64,000 bases of DNA from a virus. Location: positions 62,294 through 126,293 of the IMG/VR virus record IMGVR_UViG_3300032334_001128. One strand, written 5' to 3'. The notes under the pieces are model-generated. The model had not been told where the DNA came from. It was given only the letters and a program-made list of their open reading frames with translations, and did no database searches. A program made the translations under genes and the position numbers. This document shows, one piece after another, positions 28,958 to 37,727 of the stretch; the stretch's first letter is position 1; every line of letters starts with the position of its first letter.

Positions 28958-29910
28958 TACTCACTACCTTTCTTTTCTTCTGTGTTGTAATAACCGTATG
29001 GATCGGAGACCTCATACATATCTGCAATAGCTGCTTCAGCTGATGATCCATCATCAATCATTGGGCAGATAGTGTAGAACTGGCACTTCCACTTGCAGTC
29101 CTTGGTAGGACGTGGGTAAGCGACAAAATTAGGATCAGCACCTGCATCAAGTGACTTTTTCACGTTGATTAGGTCTGTTACTGCACCGTGAATACGTTGC
29201 CAAAAAGCACGCATTGTAAACACGTTGTGACGAACTTCAATCTGCTCATAGAAAGGTGGCTTAGCGTTAGCTGTACGCTTTACTTTCTTTAGCATAGTAA
29301 AGATACCACCCTCAGCACGTTCTTCAGGTGCTTTGTTCTGGGCGTGTTCCAAAAGCATGTAAGTCAAAATCTGCTCATTCATCTGAGCCTGGTTTGCAAA
29401 GTCTGCAAAAGATCCACCAACAGTTTTGAAGTCACGGAACATACGAACGCCATCGATCTTACGACGGACACGCATGTCAAGTTTTCCCTGCAGAATTACT
29501 TCTCCATCAAACATTGGCATCTCAATGATTTCTTCTGTAGAGATCATCTCAAGTTCAGCATCAATACCCTGATCTTCTACCCATTGTAGGTAGCCCTCAA
29601 GCATGATTCGACCAAGTTCTGCCTCTGACTCTAAGTCTGAAGTATCTCTAAACTCTTTAACCAAAGATTCCAAATCTTTCTTCACTAAAGCAGCATGTGC
29701 TTCTAGAAGACCGATTGCACCTTCAGACGAGTAATACTGATCTAAAGCTTCGTGAATACGAGATCCAAGAGCAAGTGCGCCGGTGTATTGAGTTTGCTTT
29801 GGCATTAGACGACGGTAGTAGTTTAGCCACCATTTACGTCTGCAGTCTTTGAATACCTGAAGCTCTGAATTAGAGAGACGGTATGGTACTGGGGTGTTGT
29901 CTTCTGTCAT
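28957..29910 (-). CDS. PD-(D/E)XK exonuclease (Cas4/RecB-like)
   Basis: SNSELQVFKDCRRKWW, GSRIHEAL, LQGKLD, DFKT, Q..TY and C-terminal CKWKCQFYTIC. Confidence 0.88.
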   Translation of the reverse strand: MTEDNTPVPYRLSNSELQVFKDCRRKWWLNYYRRLMPKQTQYTGALALGSRIHEALDQYYSSEGAIGLLEAHAALVKKDLESLVKEFRDTSDLESEAELGRIMLEGYLQWVEDQGIDAELEMISTEEIIEMPMFDGEVILQGKLDMRVRRKIDGVRMFRDFKTVGGSFADFANQAQMNEQILTYMLLEHAQNKAPEERAEGGIFTMLKKVKRTANAKPPFYEQIEVRHNVFTMRAFWQRIHGAVTDLINVKKSLDAGADPNFVAYPRPTKDCKWKCQFYTICPMIDDGSSAEAAIADMYEVSDPYGYYNTEEKKGSE

Positions 29911-29912
29911 GA

Positions 29913-31721
29913 TTACAGAATACCTTTCTTGTCGTCTTTTAGCAATTCGAGAAGTTTACCCTTATCTTTCACGATTTGCTCAAAGTTATCGGCCTTACTT
30001 TCTAAGACTTGGATAACACGTTCCTCGATAGTACCTTCAGTTACATAGTCCATGATAATTACTGAGTCATGGATTTCAGAACCGATGCGGTGAATACGAT
30101 CGAGAGCTTGTTTGTGGTCTACAAGAGACCATGGTCTTTGTAGCATAACTAATCTACGTCCGGTTGTCAAGGTGACACCAACACCACCAGCCTGGGCAGT
30201 GAATAGGATCCACTTAATCTTGCCTGATTGGAAATCATCAATAGCTTTTTGACGCTCGTCTCCGCTTTGAGCACCAGTGATTAGACCATGTGGAATTCCT
30301 TCTTTGGTCATACGAGCACTAAGTAGATCAATTAGCTGACGTGATACTGCACATACAGCTACGCTGTCGTCACCAAAGTCGCCTTCTTTAATATCATCCA
30401 TCAGAGCATCTACCTTACATGATGGCTCTGACAAAGTTACAGTGGTTTCTCCAGTAGCTTCATCAATTACTGACTCAGCAAATGAGCTAGCAAACTGATG
30501 TAGACGTACAGCTTGAGTCAGAACACTAGGAGCCACTACAGAATCTCCGCCCTCAAGCTCAGCGATCATATTGTCACGCATCTGCTCGTAAGCTTTCTTC
30601 TGCTTAGTAGACATCTCGACGTCACGACGTTCAAACATCATCTCTGGTAGCCAAGGAAGTACACGAGCCTTGAGCATACGACGCATACGCGGGTTGATAG
30701 TTGCATGGAATTCTTCTTCCATATGAGACTTAAGTCCAAGAACCATCATTCCACCAAACGCATTTAGCATTGTGTTGACCATACGATCAATCCAGCGTGT
30801 TTTGCTAGGCCACTCGTCTGGAGAAATCCAGTGAAGAATTGGCCAAAGATCAATGACGTTATTAGCAATAGGGGTACCGGTAAGTGCAAAACGAATATCT
30901 GCATCGCCAGTAGCTGCCCATAGGGCACGAGTCTGTTTAGACTTAGGTTCTTTTGAACGGTGCATCTCGTCAGCAATAACTGCCTTGAAATCAATTTCGT
31001 TTAGTTCTCTTTTGTGAACTTCACATCTAGTCTCAGTGACGCGGTCGTCCATGCCACCACACTCTTTACAGCGAGCTAGTGCAATTGATCCATATCCAGA
31101 AAGCCTTGAGTGAGAACGCAATGATTCCCAGTTGATAACGTAAACGTCAGCTGGCTCTTCAAACTGCTTACGGCGTTGCGTAGCTGTGCCAGAAATTACT
31201 TGCACCTTTACATCTGGCCACCACTTAGCAAACTCTCGTTTCCAGTTTTTCTTCAAAGTGTTAGGGCAGACAATCATTGCAGGAAATACTTCCTGACCCT
31301 GGTCTTTCAAAAGTTTTAGAGCACGGATAGCTTGGGCTGTCTTACCTAGTCCAGGTTCATCAGCTAGAAGTGCACGACGTGCAGTTGCTAGAAACTTTAC
31401 GCCAGCACGCTGGTGTGGGAATAGATCTTGATCGCCTTCGCCATCTGGCAGAAGTTCTAAGTCTCTAAGAAGATTAGCTGGATCTACTCGATTATTACGC
31501 TCTTGAGTAGCCCACTCAACGAGCTTTGGACCTAATACAAGATCGTCTCTAAAAGTAGATCTAAGAGCTAAACAAGCAGTCCAAGATACTGGAATTTTCC
31601 ATACTTGCTCTTTTGGATCCCAGGTAGCACCTGGAATGCTTTTACATAGTTCTTTGAATCGCCAATCCGTATAGATGGCAATGTGAGAACCGGAGTCGTT
31701 CAGTTCAACATTTACTGGCAT
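29913..31721 (-). CDS. SNF2-family (SF2) DNA helicase
   Basis: LADEPGLGKT, IADEMH, LTGTP, GGVGVTLT, QALDRIHRIG. Confidence 0.92.
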   Translation of the reverse strand: MPVNVELNDSGSHIAIYTDWRFKELCKSIPGATWDPKEQVWKIPVSWTACLALRSTFRDDLVLGPKLVEWATQERNNRVDPANLLRDLELLPDGEGDQDLFPHQRAGVKFLATARRALLADEPGLGKTAQAIRALKLLKDQGQEVFPAMIVCPNTLKKNWKREFAKWWPDVKVQVISGTATQRRKQFEEPADVYVINWESLRSHSRLSGYGSIALARCKECGGMDDRVTETRCEVHKRELNEIDFKAVIADEMHRSKEPKSKQTRALWAATGDADIRFALTGTPIANNVIDLWPILHWISPDEWPSKTRWIDRMVNTMLNAFGGMMVLGLKSHMEEEFHATINPRMRRMLKARVLPWLPEMMFERRDVEMSTKQKKAYEQMRDNMIAELEGGDSVVAPSVLTQAVRLHQFASSFAESVIDEATGETTVTLSEPSCKVDALMDDIKEGDFGDDSVAVCAVSRQLIDLLSARMTKEGIPHGLITGAQSGDERQKAIDDFQSGKIKWILFTAQAGGVGVTLTTGRRLVMLQRPWSLVDHKQALDRIHRIGSEIHDSVIIMDYVTEGTIEERVIQVLESKADNFEQIVKDKGKLLELLKDDKKGIL

Positions 31722-31751
31722 TTGTGTTATTCCTTTTGTCTTTATGTATAC

Positions 31752-31800
31752 ATACTAGCATAAAAAATCTAGTTTAGTTTTAAATTTTTTGCTAGTATCT
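31752..31800. repeat. Imperfect inverted repeat upstream of the helicase; one arm recurs at 58181
   Basis: ATACTAGCATAAAAAAT ... ATTTTTTGCTAGTAT. Confidence 0.7.
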
Positions 31801-32271
31801 CTAACTTTGTAGCAATTTTACTGGTTTCCAGCCACTTTTTACTAATCTTAATAGGGCGTGTCGGATTGCATCAAGTGCGTGTCCCTCACCACCACGGTGC
31901 CAATAATCCAAAATTCTGATCTTTTCATTAGTGAACATGGCTTTAGCATCTGCTGGAGATTGAAAGAAAATATCATCCGGAGCTCTGCCATGATCTAACA
32001 TGACTTGTTTAAGAATTCCGATCTGCTCCAATGAGTATGGAGCCTGAGAGTTCTTGACGGTCTGAGCATTGATAGTAAATCTCTCACAGACTACTTCTAA
32101 TCTATTACCAGTACCACTGGCATAAAGAAAAGCTCGGCGAATTGGATCAGCGTACTCGTGTTGCTGGTATTCACCGGACCAGAGCATTTCTGGTTCGCTT
32201 CCCTCGTCCCATCTAAAAAAGCAAACCCCACTGGCTTTACCTGGGTCAACTGCCAAAATCAATCTACTCAT
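31801..32271 (-). CDS. RuvC-like Holliday junction resolvase (start reassigned to ATG 32271)
   Basis: ILAVDPGKASG, VVCERF, EQIG, HALDAIRH. Confidence 0.8.
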   Translation of the reverse strand: MSRLILAVDPGKASGVCFFRWDEGSEPEMLWSGEYQQHEYADPIRRAFLYASGTGNRLEVVCERFTINAQTVKNSQAPYSLEQIGILKQVMLDHGRAPDDIFFQSPADAKAMFTNEKIRILDYWHRGGEGHALDAIRHALLRLVKSGWKPVKLLQS

Positions 32272-34081
32272 ATTTTTCTCCCCAATTGTCAAACGGTCCG
32301 TCTACTCCAGCTGTAAGGGGGACTTGCCAGCCATCACGGGTGGTCATACATTCTCTAACTGTTTCCATAATCTCTGCAGCTTCTGAGCGTGGAGCTTGTA
32401 GAACAATTTCGTCATGTACTGGAACAATAAGATACTCTGTCAAATCTGCTTGGTCAAGTTTGATTAAGTTCTGCTTAAAGATTTCAGCAGCACTTGCTTG
32501 AATCAAATAGTTAGTAAGTGAGTAAACACGATCATCATCGCAAGGCAGACGACGTCCAGTACGAGTTCTTACGTATCCGGTACCTTCGTCTTTTAGACGA
32601 CGCATTCCAAGATCTTCAATTTGATGTTGCATCATTTTTACACCTGGGTAGTTGCCATCAAAGGCATCTACAACTTCTTTCATCTGATGATCTGGAACTC
32701 CAGCTGTAAGAGCCATCTTAGATACACCAGCACCATAGAGCTTTCCATAGACAACACCTTTAATAAGTTTACGTCTAGGATCTGACTTTTGCAGACTTGG
32801 GTCTTGATATACCTGTTGCATAATCGAAGTAAATACGTCACCGCCTACTCTATCTGCTTCATTGAATAGATCGATAAGTTGTTGATCTTCACTGAAGTTT
32901 GCAGTTAGACGGAACTCTACCTGATCTAAGTCAGATGAAATAATTACATGGTCTTCATCCTTAGGAATAAATGCACGACGTACAGTTGCGTCTCCAGACG
33001 GAAGAGTTTGTAGTGCTGGGTCGGTGATAGACATACGACCGGTGCGAGCACCAAGGGTTTTTACAGATGGATGCATGATGCCATCAATATTCCCATCAAG
33101 GAAATTTTTGAAATAAGTATTAGCTAGCTTGTCAGCTTTACGTTGTTGTAGAACTGCCTCTGCTAAAGCACGTTGTCCAGGATCTCCGTCGCGAGCAATC
33201 AACATTAGCTGTTCTTTAGATGCTGATTTTTGACCGCTGGCAGTTGTCTCTGTGATTTCAAATCCCATGGTTTCAAACTGACGAACTAGTTGGATATTGC
33301 TTGTAATCATGAGACCGTTATAAGTATCTTTGGCCCAATCACGAACTGACTGGCCATAGTTATTTAGTTCATCAAACTTACGCTGAGAATAGTCAAGGTC
33401 CACGCGAGCACCATTGATTTCCATGCGAGTAACAATTTTACGAGTAGCCATTTCTAATTCGTATGCTTGGCTGTAAGGCATTCCAGGGCCACACTTATCC
33501 CAGAACTGCTCGAATAGACGCATAGTTAGGACTGTATCTAGAGCACCATATGCCCAGTAAGGCTCAAAGTTAGTTGGAACGGTTCCCCAGGTCCATCCAT
33601 TCTCTGTTAGCGACTGATCTAAATGTGCTTGAAGTCCAGCAGCTCTACGATCTACATATTGCTGTGTAAGTTTTTTCAAAGCACCGGAACCAAGTGGATC
33701 AATAATTTGAGCCATAATCATAGTGTCGTGAGTACGGTGCCATGGAATAGACCACTTTGACTGAATCTCAAACCAACGTGCTTCAAAAGCTACGTTATGG
33801 CAGACAATTGGTCCATCAAAACGTTCCATGCCTTCGTAAAAAACACCAGACCATTCATTCCAAGGAATGGACCAGCCCTGCTCTCCATCGCCAACTTGAA
33901 CTAGACGTAAGCGTCCATGCCAAGGAGATAGAGCATCTTTATGTGGGCGACCTGGAAGCTCTCCAGTTTCTGTATCAATGGCGATAGCGTTATGAGGTCT
34001 GCGCTCACCTAGCCAAGTTAAAAATTCTTGTGCAGTTTGCACATCTTTTACTAAATGAAGTTTGACATTTTCTAAGCTCAA
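32264..34081 (-). CDS. polA: Family A DNA polymerase with 3'-5' exonuclease domain
   Basis: IDTET, CHNVAFE, YGALD, TGRMS..DPALQ, DLDQVEFR, RKLIKGVVYGKLYG, VPVHDEI; TTG start with AAAGGA RBS. Confidence 0.95.
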   Translation of the reverse strand: MSLENVKLHLVKDVQTAQEFLTWLGERRPHNAIAIDTETGELPGRPHKDALSPWHGRLRLVQVGDGEQGWSIPWNEWSGVFYEGMERFDGPIVCHNVAFEARWFEIQSKWSIPWHRTHDTMIMAQIIDPLGSGALKKLTQQYVDRRAAGLQAHLDQSLTENGWTWGTVPTNFEPYWAYGALDTVLTMRLFEQFWDKCGPGMPYSQAYELEMATRKIVTRMEINGARVDLDYSQRKFDELNNYGQSVRDWAKDTYNGLMITSNIQLVRQFETMGFEITETTASGQKSASKEQLMLIARDGDPGQRALAEAVLQQRKADKLANTYFKNFLDGNIDGIMHPSVKTLGARTGRMSITDPALQTLPSGDATVRRAFIPKDEDHVIISSDLDQVEFRLTANFSEDQQLIDLFNEADRVGGDVFTSIMQQVYQDPSLQKSDPRRKLIKGVVYGKLYGAGVSKMALTAGVPDHQMKEVVDAFDGNYPGVKMMQHQIEDLGMRRLKDEGTGYVRTRTGRRLPCDDDRVYSLTNYLIQASAAEIFKQNLIKLDQADLTEYLIVPVHDEIVLQAPRSEAAEIMETVRECMTTRDGWQVPLTAGVDGPFDNWGEKYE

Positions 34082-34105
34082 AGTTATTCCTTTTGTCGTT
34101 TTGTA

Positions 34106-34135
34106 AGTCTAGATGGTGTTTTCTATTTTTGTCAA
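34106..34135 (-). promoter_or_regulatory. Housekeeping-sigma promoter for the polymerase operon
   Basis: On the minus strand: TTGACA-N18-TAGACT, 25 nt upstream of the polymerase start. Confidence 0.7.
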
Positions 34136-34423
34136 CTAGAAGATCGAATCTCCAAAATCATCATCTTCATCATCAAAAAAATCTTTTGTATGTTTTGGAT
34201 TTCCACCAAGCTCATCATCTAGTGGATCATACCTATTAGGTTCCATAATACCGGCTGCACCTGCAATAAATCCAACTAATTCTAGAGCTTCTTGTTTAGT
34301 AAATCCAGAATTTTGAAAAGCTAGATACATCTCGTGTACTTGAATTGCTGCAACGTTTAGTGCAGATGGGAACGCGGTCTCATCAATAACGGCTGGCTGA
34401 TTTTCGTTGTTTTGTTCTTCCAT
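34136..34423 (-). CDS. Hypothetical protein
   Basis: GGAGG RBS; AIQVHEMYLAFQNSGFTKQEALELV; acidic tail. Confidence 0.75.
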   Translation of the reverse strand: MEEQNNENQPAVIDETAFPSALNVAAIQVHEMYLAFQNSGFTKQEALELVGFIAGAAGIMEPNRYDPLDDELGGNPKHTKDFFDDEDDDFGDSIF

Positions 34424-34437
34424 GCCAGCCTCCGTTG

Positions 34438-34914
34438 TTAAGGAATGATCTCGTAGTTGTAAACCGATTGTATTCCAGGATCTTGTTTTCCAGAAGACTC
34501 TAGAAGACGCTGAGCTACACCAGTTAAATACTTTGATCCATGATCGTCGTATTTATACAGTGCTTCAAGTATAGCAGTTGGGTTATCGCTTACTTGTGCC
34601 CAATGACGATGTTTTTCAGGAAAAACTAAATCCGCTTCTTTTGTAGGATAGCATCGATCGCAGGGAATACTGCCTGGGGATAGTTTATCAAAAGCAAGGT
34701 CATGAAGATTGTAGTTTCTAACCAATTGACAAGCAGCACCGTGATAAATAAGTGATACACCTATACGTGATAATACGTATGATCCGCTCTCTGTTATATA
34801 GAGCTTAAATTCTATCCACCGGGTAGATCCACGTTTAAATGAAGTGGATTCTCCTAGTAGTTTACCGTTAAATTGAAGCGTACGAGCTCCATCTTTAACT
34901 TCAAATTCAAACAT
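34438..34914 (-). CDS. Hypothetical protein
   Basis: 158 aa, RWIEFKLY, CDRC. Confidence 0.75.
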   Translation of the reverse strand: MFEFEVKDGARTLQFNGKLLGESTSFKRGSTRWIEFKLYITESGSYVLSRIGVSLIYHGAACQLVRNYNLHDLAFDKLSPGSIPCDRCYPTKEADLVFPEKHRHWAQVSDNPTAILEALYKYDDHGSKYLTGVAQRLLESSGKQDPGIQSVYNYEIIP

Positions 34915-34916
34915 GA

Positions 34917-35111
34917 TTACTCTTTGGTTTTTTTATCTTTAGAAGATTGTTCTAGCTGATCTACTTTTGCTTCTAGCTCTTGATTCTTTTTACGTTCTAG
35001 ATTTAGCATTGCTTCTAGTTCAGCATTTAAAGCCATAGATCTATTTAGCTGATCGCGAGTAATGTTTACGATGTTACCTAAAACTTCGAGCTGGTTTTCA
35101 TTTTCTGACAT
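34917..35111 (-). CDS. Small coiled-coil protein
   Basis: Heptad pattern LNAELEAMLNLERKKNQELEAKVDQLE. Confidence 0.65.
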   Translation of the reverse strand: MSENENQLEVLGNIVNITRDQLNRSMALNAELEAMLNLERKKNQELEAKVDQLEQSSKDKKTKE

Positions 35112-35256
35112 TATATAGTCCTTAATTTTGTAGTTTGGATATGGTTCTATTTTACATAGGTTTTTAAAGTGTTATCTGGACATCATGTCAAGGATAGCTT
35201 TCTGGTAAGTATTATATCTAGCAACTTCTTTTTTAGTAATGTAGCTTACATATCTA

Positions 35257-36303
35257 TTGTATACTAATAAAAACGAAAGACACGTGTATAAATTGACTAA
35301 TTTAGTTCAAAAAGCTGTTGCTTTTGGTGGCAAGCTATCGCCACTAGTTATCTCTAACGGTTTAACTTCTGGAACTGGTTTGATGAATCCATCTGTCTTT
35401 GTGAATTCTAAGAATGAAATTTTTGTAAATCTACGCCATGTAAATTACACGCTGTATCATTCTGAAAATAATCAACGGTTCAACAGCAAGTGGGGGCCGA
35501 TGTCCTACTTACATCCTGAGCAAGATCAAGCGCTTCGCACAACTAACTACATTTGTAAGCTAGATGAAAATTTGTCTATGGTCGGACACGGACTAGTTGA
35601 TACTTCAGAACTGGATGTAAAACCCTTATGGGAATTTACTGGTGAAGAAGATTGTCGTCTTGTTGAGTGGAATGGTAAGTACTACATTATCGGGGTAAGA
35701 AGAGATACGACAACTCACGGTGAGGGCCGTATGGAACTTAGTGAGATTACTATCAACGAGGAGACTTGGGAAGTAAAAGAAGTATCTCGTATTCGCATTC
35801 CCGCTCCCGGGGCTAACAATTCTTATTGCGAAAAAAACTGGATGCCGATTCTTGACAAACCGTTTCATTTTGTGAAGTGGACATCTCCGACTGAAGTTGT
35901 TAGAACTTATCCAGAGCTGCCAGCAAGATGTGAGCAGGTTATGTTGAATCAAGGACTTACTCCACTTAAAGACCAACGTGGTAGTTCTCAAGTTGTTCGG
36001 TGGGGAAATGTGTACATTGCAATCACTCACGAAGTTGATTTGTTTAAAAACTATCTTGATCAAAAAGATGGTATCTACAGACATCGATTGGTTATCTGGG
36101 ATGAGCAGTTTAACCTAATTGGGTTATCTCCTAAACCACTTACATTCTTAGAAGCAAGAGTGGAGTTTGTCGCTGGTGCTGCTAAGTATGGAGACGATTT
36201 ATTGATTAGTTTTGGTGTTCAAGACAACGCTGCTTTTATTTTGAGAACTCCTAAGCTTGTTGTTGAAGAACTTATTTCGGAGGCATTGACTTATGAGTTC
36301 TAA
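35257..36303 (+). CDS. Five-bladed beta-propeller glycosidase/phosphorylase-like protein, paralog 1 (start may be GTG 35284)
   Basis: MNPSV, GEEDCRL, CEKNWMP, RGSS, THEV, YRHR, VEFVAG, ISFGVQDN resemble the GH130/GH32-43 propeller clan. Confidence 0.65.
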   Translation: MYTNKNERHVYKLTNLVQKAVAFGGKLSPLVISNGLTSGTGLMNPSVFVNSKNEIFVNLRHVNYTLYHSENNQRFNSKWGPMSYLHPEQDQALRTTNYICKLDENLSMVGHGLVDTSELDVKPLWEFTGEEDCRLVEWNGKYYIIGVRRDTTTHGEGRMELSEITINEETWEVKEVSRIRIPAPGANNSYCEKNWMPILDKPFHFVKWTSPTEVVRTYPELPARCEQVMLNQGLTPLKDQRGSSQVVRWGNVYIAITHEVDLFKNYLDQKDGIYRHRLVIWDEQFNLIGLSPKPLTFLEARVEFVAGAAKYGDDLLISFGVQDNAAFILRTPKLVVEELISEALTYEF

Positions 36304-36871
36304 TGAGATTATTCAAAAACTTGTTGTTGAGGCTTCTAGTGATCCACTTGATGCCAAAAAAAACTTTGATATTGCCGTTGAGTATGAGAAGTTAGGTCAG
36401 ACGGCATCTGCTGTTGGATTTTATCTTCGTGCTGCGGAATACGGATATGAAACTGAACCTCTTATTGCCTACGCTTCTTTGCTTAGAATATCTATTTGTA
36501 TTGAGGGTCAGAAAGATAGAAAGCATACTGTATCTAATGTAATACTTCAAGCTATTGCCTATCTACCTAAAAGACCAGAAGCCTACTTTCTTCTATCGAG
36601 GTTTTATGAGAAAGATGGAAACTGGCAAGAGTGTTATACATATGCAACTGTTGGTCTAATGGTCTTAGATTATCCTGTAGCAAAACTTCCGGTAAGTATT
36701 GATGGCTATCATGGGGATTATGCTTTAGAGTTTCAAGTTGCTATGAGTGCTTGGTGGATTGGTCGCAAAGATGAAAGCATAAAAAGACTACAAGAACTAA
36801 GTCTTAGAGAAGATTTGAGTGCTATGTATAGGTCAGCAGTTTTTGATAATTTAATTAAGGTTGGTGTCTAA
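36293..36871 (+). CDS. TPR-repeat protein
   Basis: Helical repeats: FDIAVEYEKLG..A.A..FY, AIAYLPKRPEAYFLLSR. Confidence 0.75.
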   Translation: MSSNEIIQKLVVEASSDPLDAKKNFDIAVEYEKLGQTASAVGFYLRAAEYGYETEPLIAYASLLRISICIEGQKDRKHTVSNVILQAIAYLPKRPEAYFLLSRFYEKDGNWQECYTYATVGLMVLDYPVAKLPVSIDGYHGDYALEFQVAMSAWWIGRKDESIKRLQELSLREDLSAMYRSAVFDNLIKVGV

Positions 36872-37539
36872 TGTTGCTATTTGATATTGGAGCAAATAGC
36901 GGTGATGCCGTTAGAGCTGGATTAGGGCTTGGTTATAAGGTAATTGCTTTAGAGCCTGCACCTAAAGTGTTTGCAAAGTTGGTAAAAAATTTTATATATG
37001 AACCAAATGTTGTGCCACTTAGATTAGCAGTTGCTGAGATCTTGGGGGAAAGGATTGAATTTTACGAATGTGTTGAAGATGGACTTTCAACTATAGAAAA
37101 AGATTGGCTAACAGATCCGTCTATGCCGTACAACGGTAAAGAATTTAGAACTATTTATGTAAATACCTGCACTATGGACTGGCTGATTGAGCAGTATGGT
37201 AAACCTGACCTAATCAAGATTGATGTTGAAGGTGCCGAATGGTCTGTCCTTCGTGGTATGACTAAACACTCTGGAAAGATTGCCCTTGAGTGGACAATGG
37301 AAACTATGGATAAGCATAATGAACAGCTGCAATATCTTAAATCTATTGGATATACAAAATTTAGATTGCAGTTCATAGAACATCACTTACTAGAGCCTGA
37401 TGATGAGTGGCAAAAGATTAACGAAAATACTGATCTTGAAAAAATTCGTCAAGACAAACAATTTTGGTGGGTCTCAAAAGGATGGAAACGTTCTAGCTTA
37501 AGGCCAACAGCTGATGTTGGAATGCTTTGGGTTATCTAG
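36871..37539 (+). CDS. FkbM-family SAM methyltransferase, paralog 1
   Basis: FDIGANSG, IALEP, LIKIDVEGAE. Confidence 0.88.
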   Translation: MLLFDIGANSGDAVRAGLGLGYKVIALEPAPKVFAKLVKNFIYEPNVVPLRLAVAEILGERIEFYECVEDGLSTIEKDWLTDPSMPYNGKEFRTIYVNTCTMDWLIEQYGKPDLIKIDVEGAEWSVLRGMTKHSGKIALEWTMETMDKHNEQLQYLKSIGYTKFRLQFIEHHLLEPDDEWQKINENTDLEKIRQDKQFWWVSKGWKRSSLRPTADVGMLWVI

Positions 37540-37727
37540 CCTAGAAGTGCTTGAATTTCTTCTTCGGTAAGGCCAAGTGCTTGTAGTTTTGCTAAAGCAG
37601 ATTGTCTAGTTGCTAACGCTTGTGCCTCTTGCTCTGCTGATTGCTCTCTAGAGGCAATTTCTTCTGGTGTTTCATCTCTTTCAATTATTTCACCAGTGGT
37701 GCAGTTTAGTTCGATTATTCTATTCAT
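37536..37727 (-). CDS. Small fibre-associated/assembly protein (start reassigned to ATG 37727)
   Basis: TAATG coupling to the fibre stop codon; MNRIIELNCTTGEIIER...KLQALGLTEEEI. Confidence 0.7.
   Translation of the reverse strand: MNRIIELNCTTGEIIERDETPEEIASREQSAEQEAQALATRQSALAKLQALGLTEEEIQALLG

Noticed and set aside
28957-29910. Cas4 as part of a CRISPR system
   Set aside because: It sits among SSB, AAA ATPase and helicase genes, the usual context of a phage recombination exonuclease.
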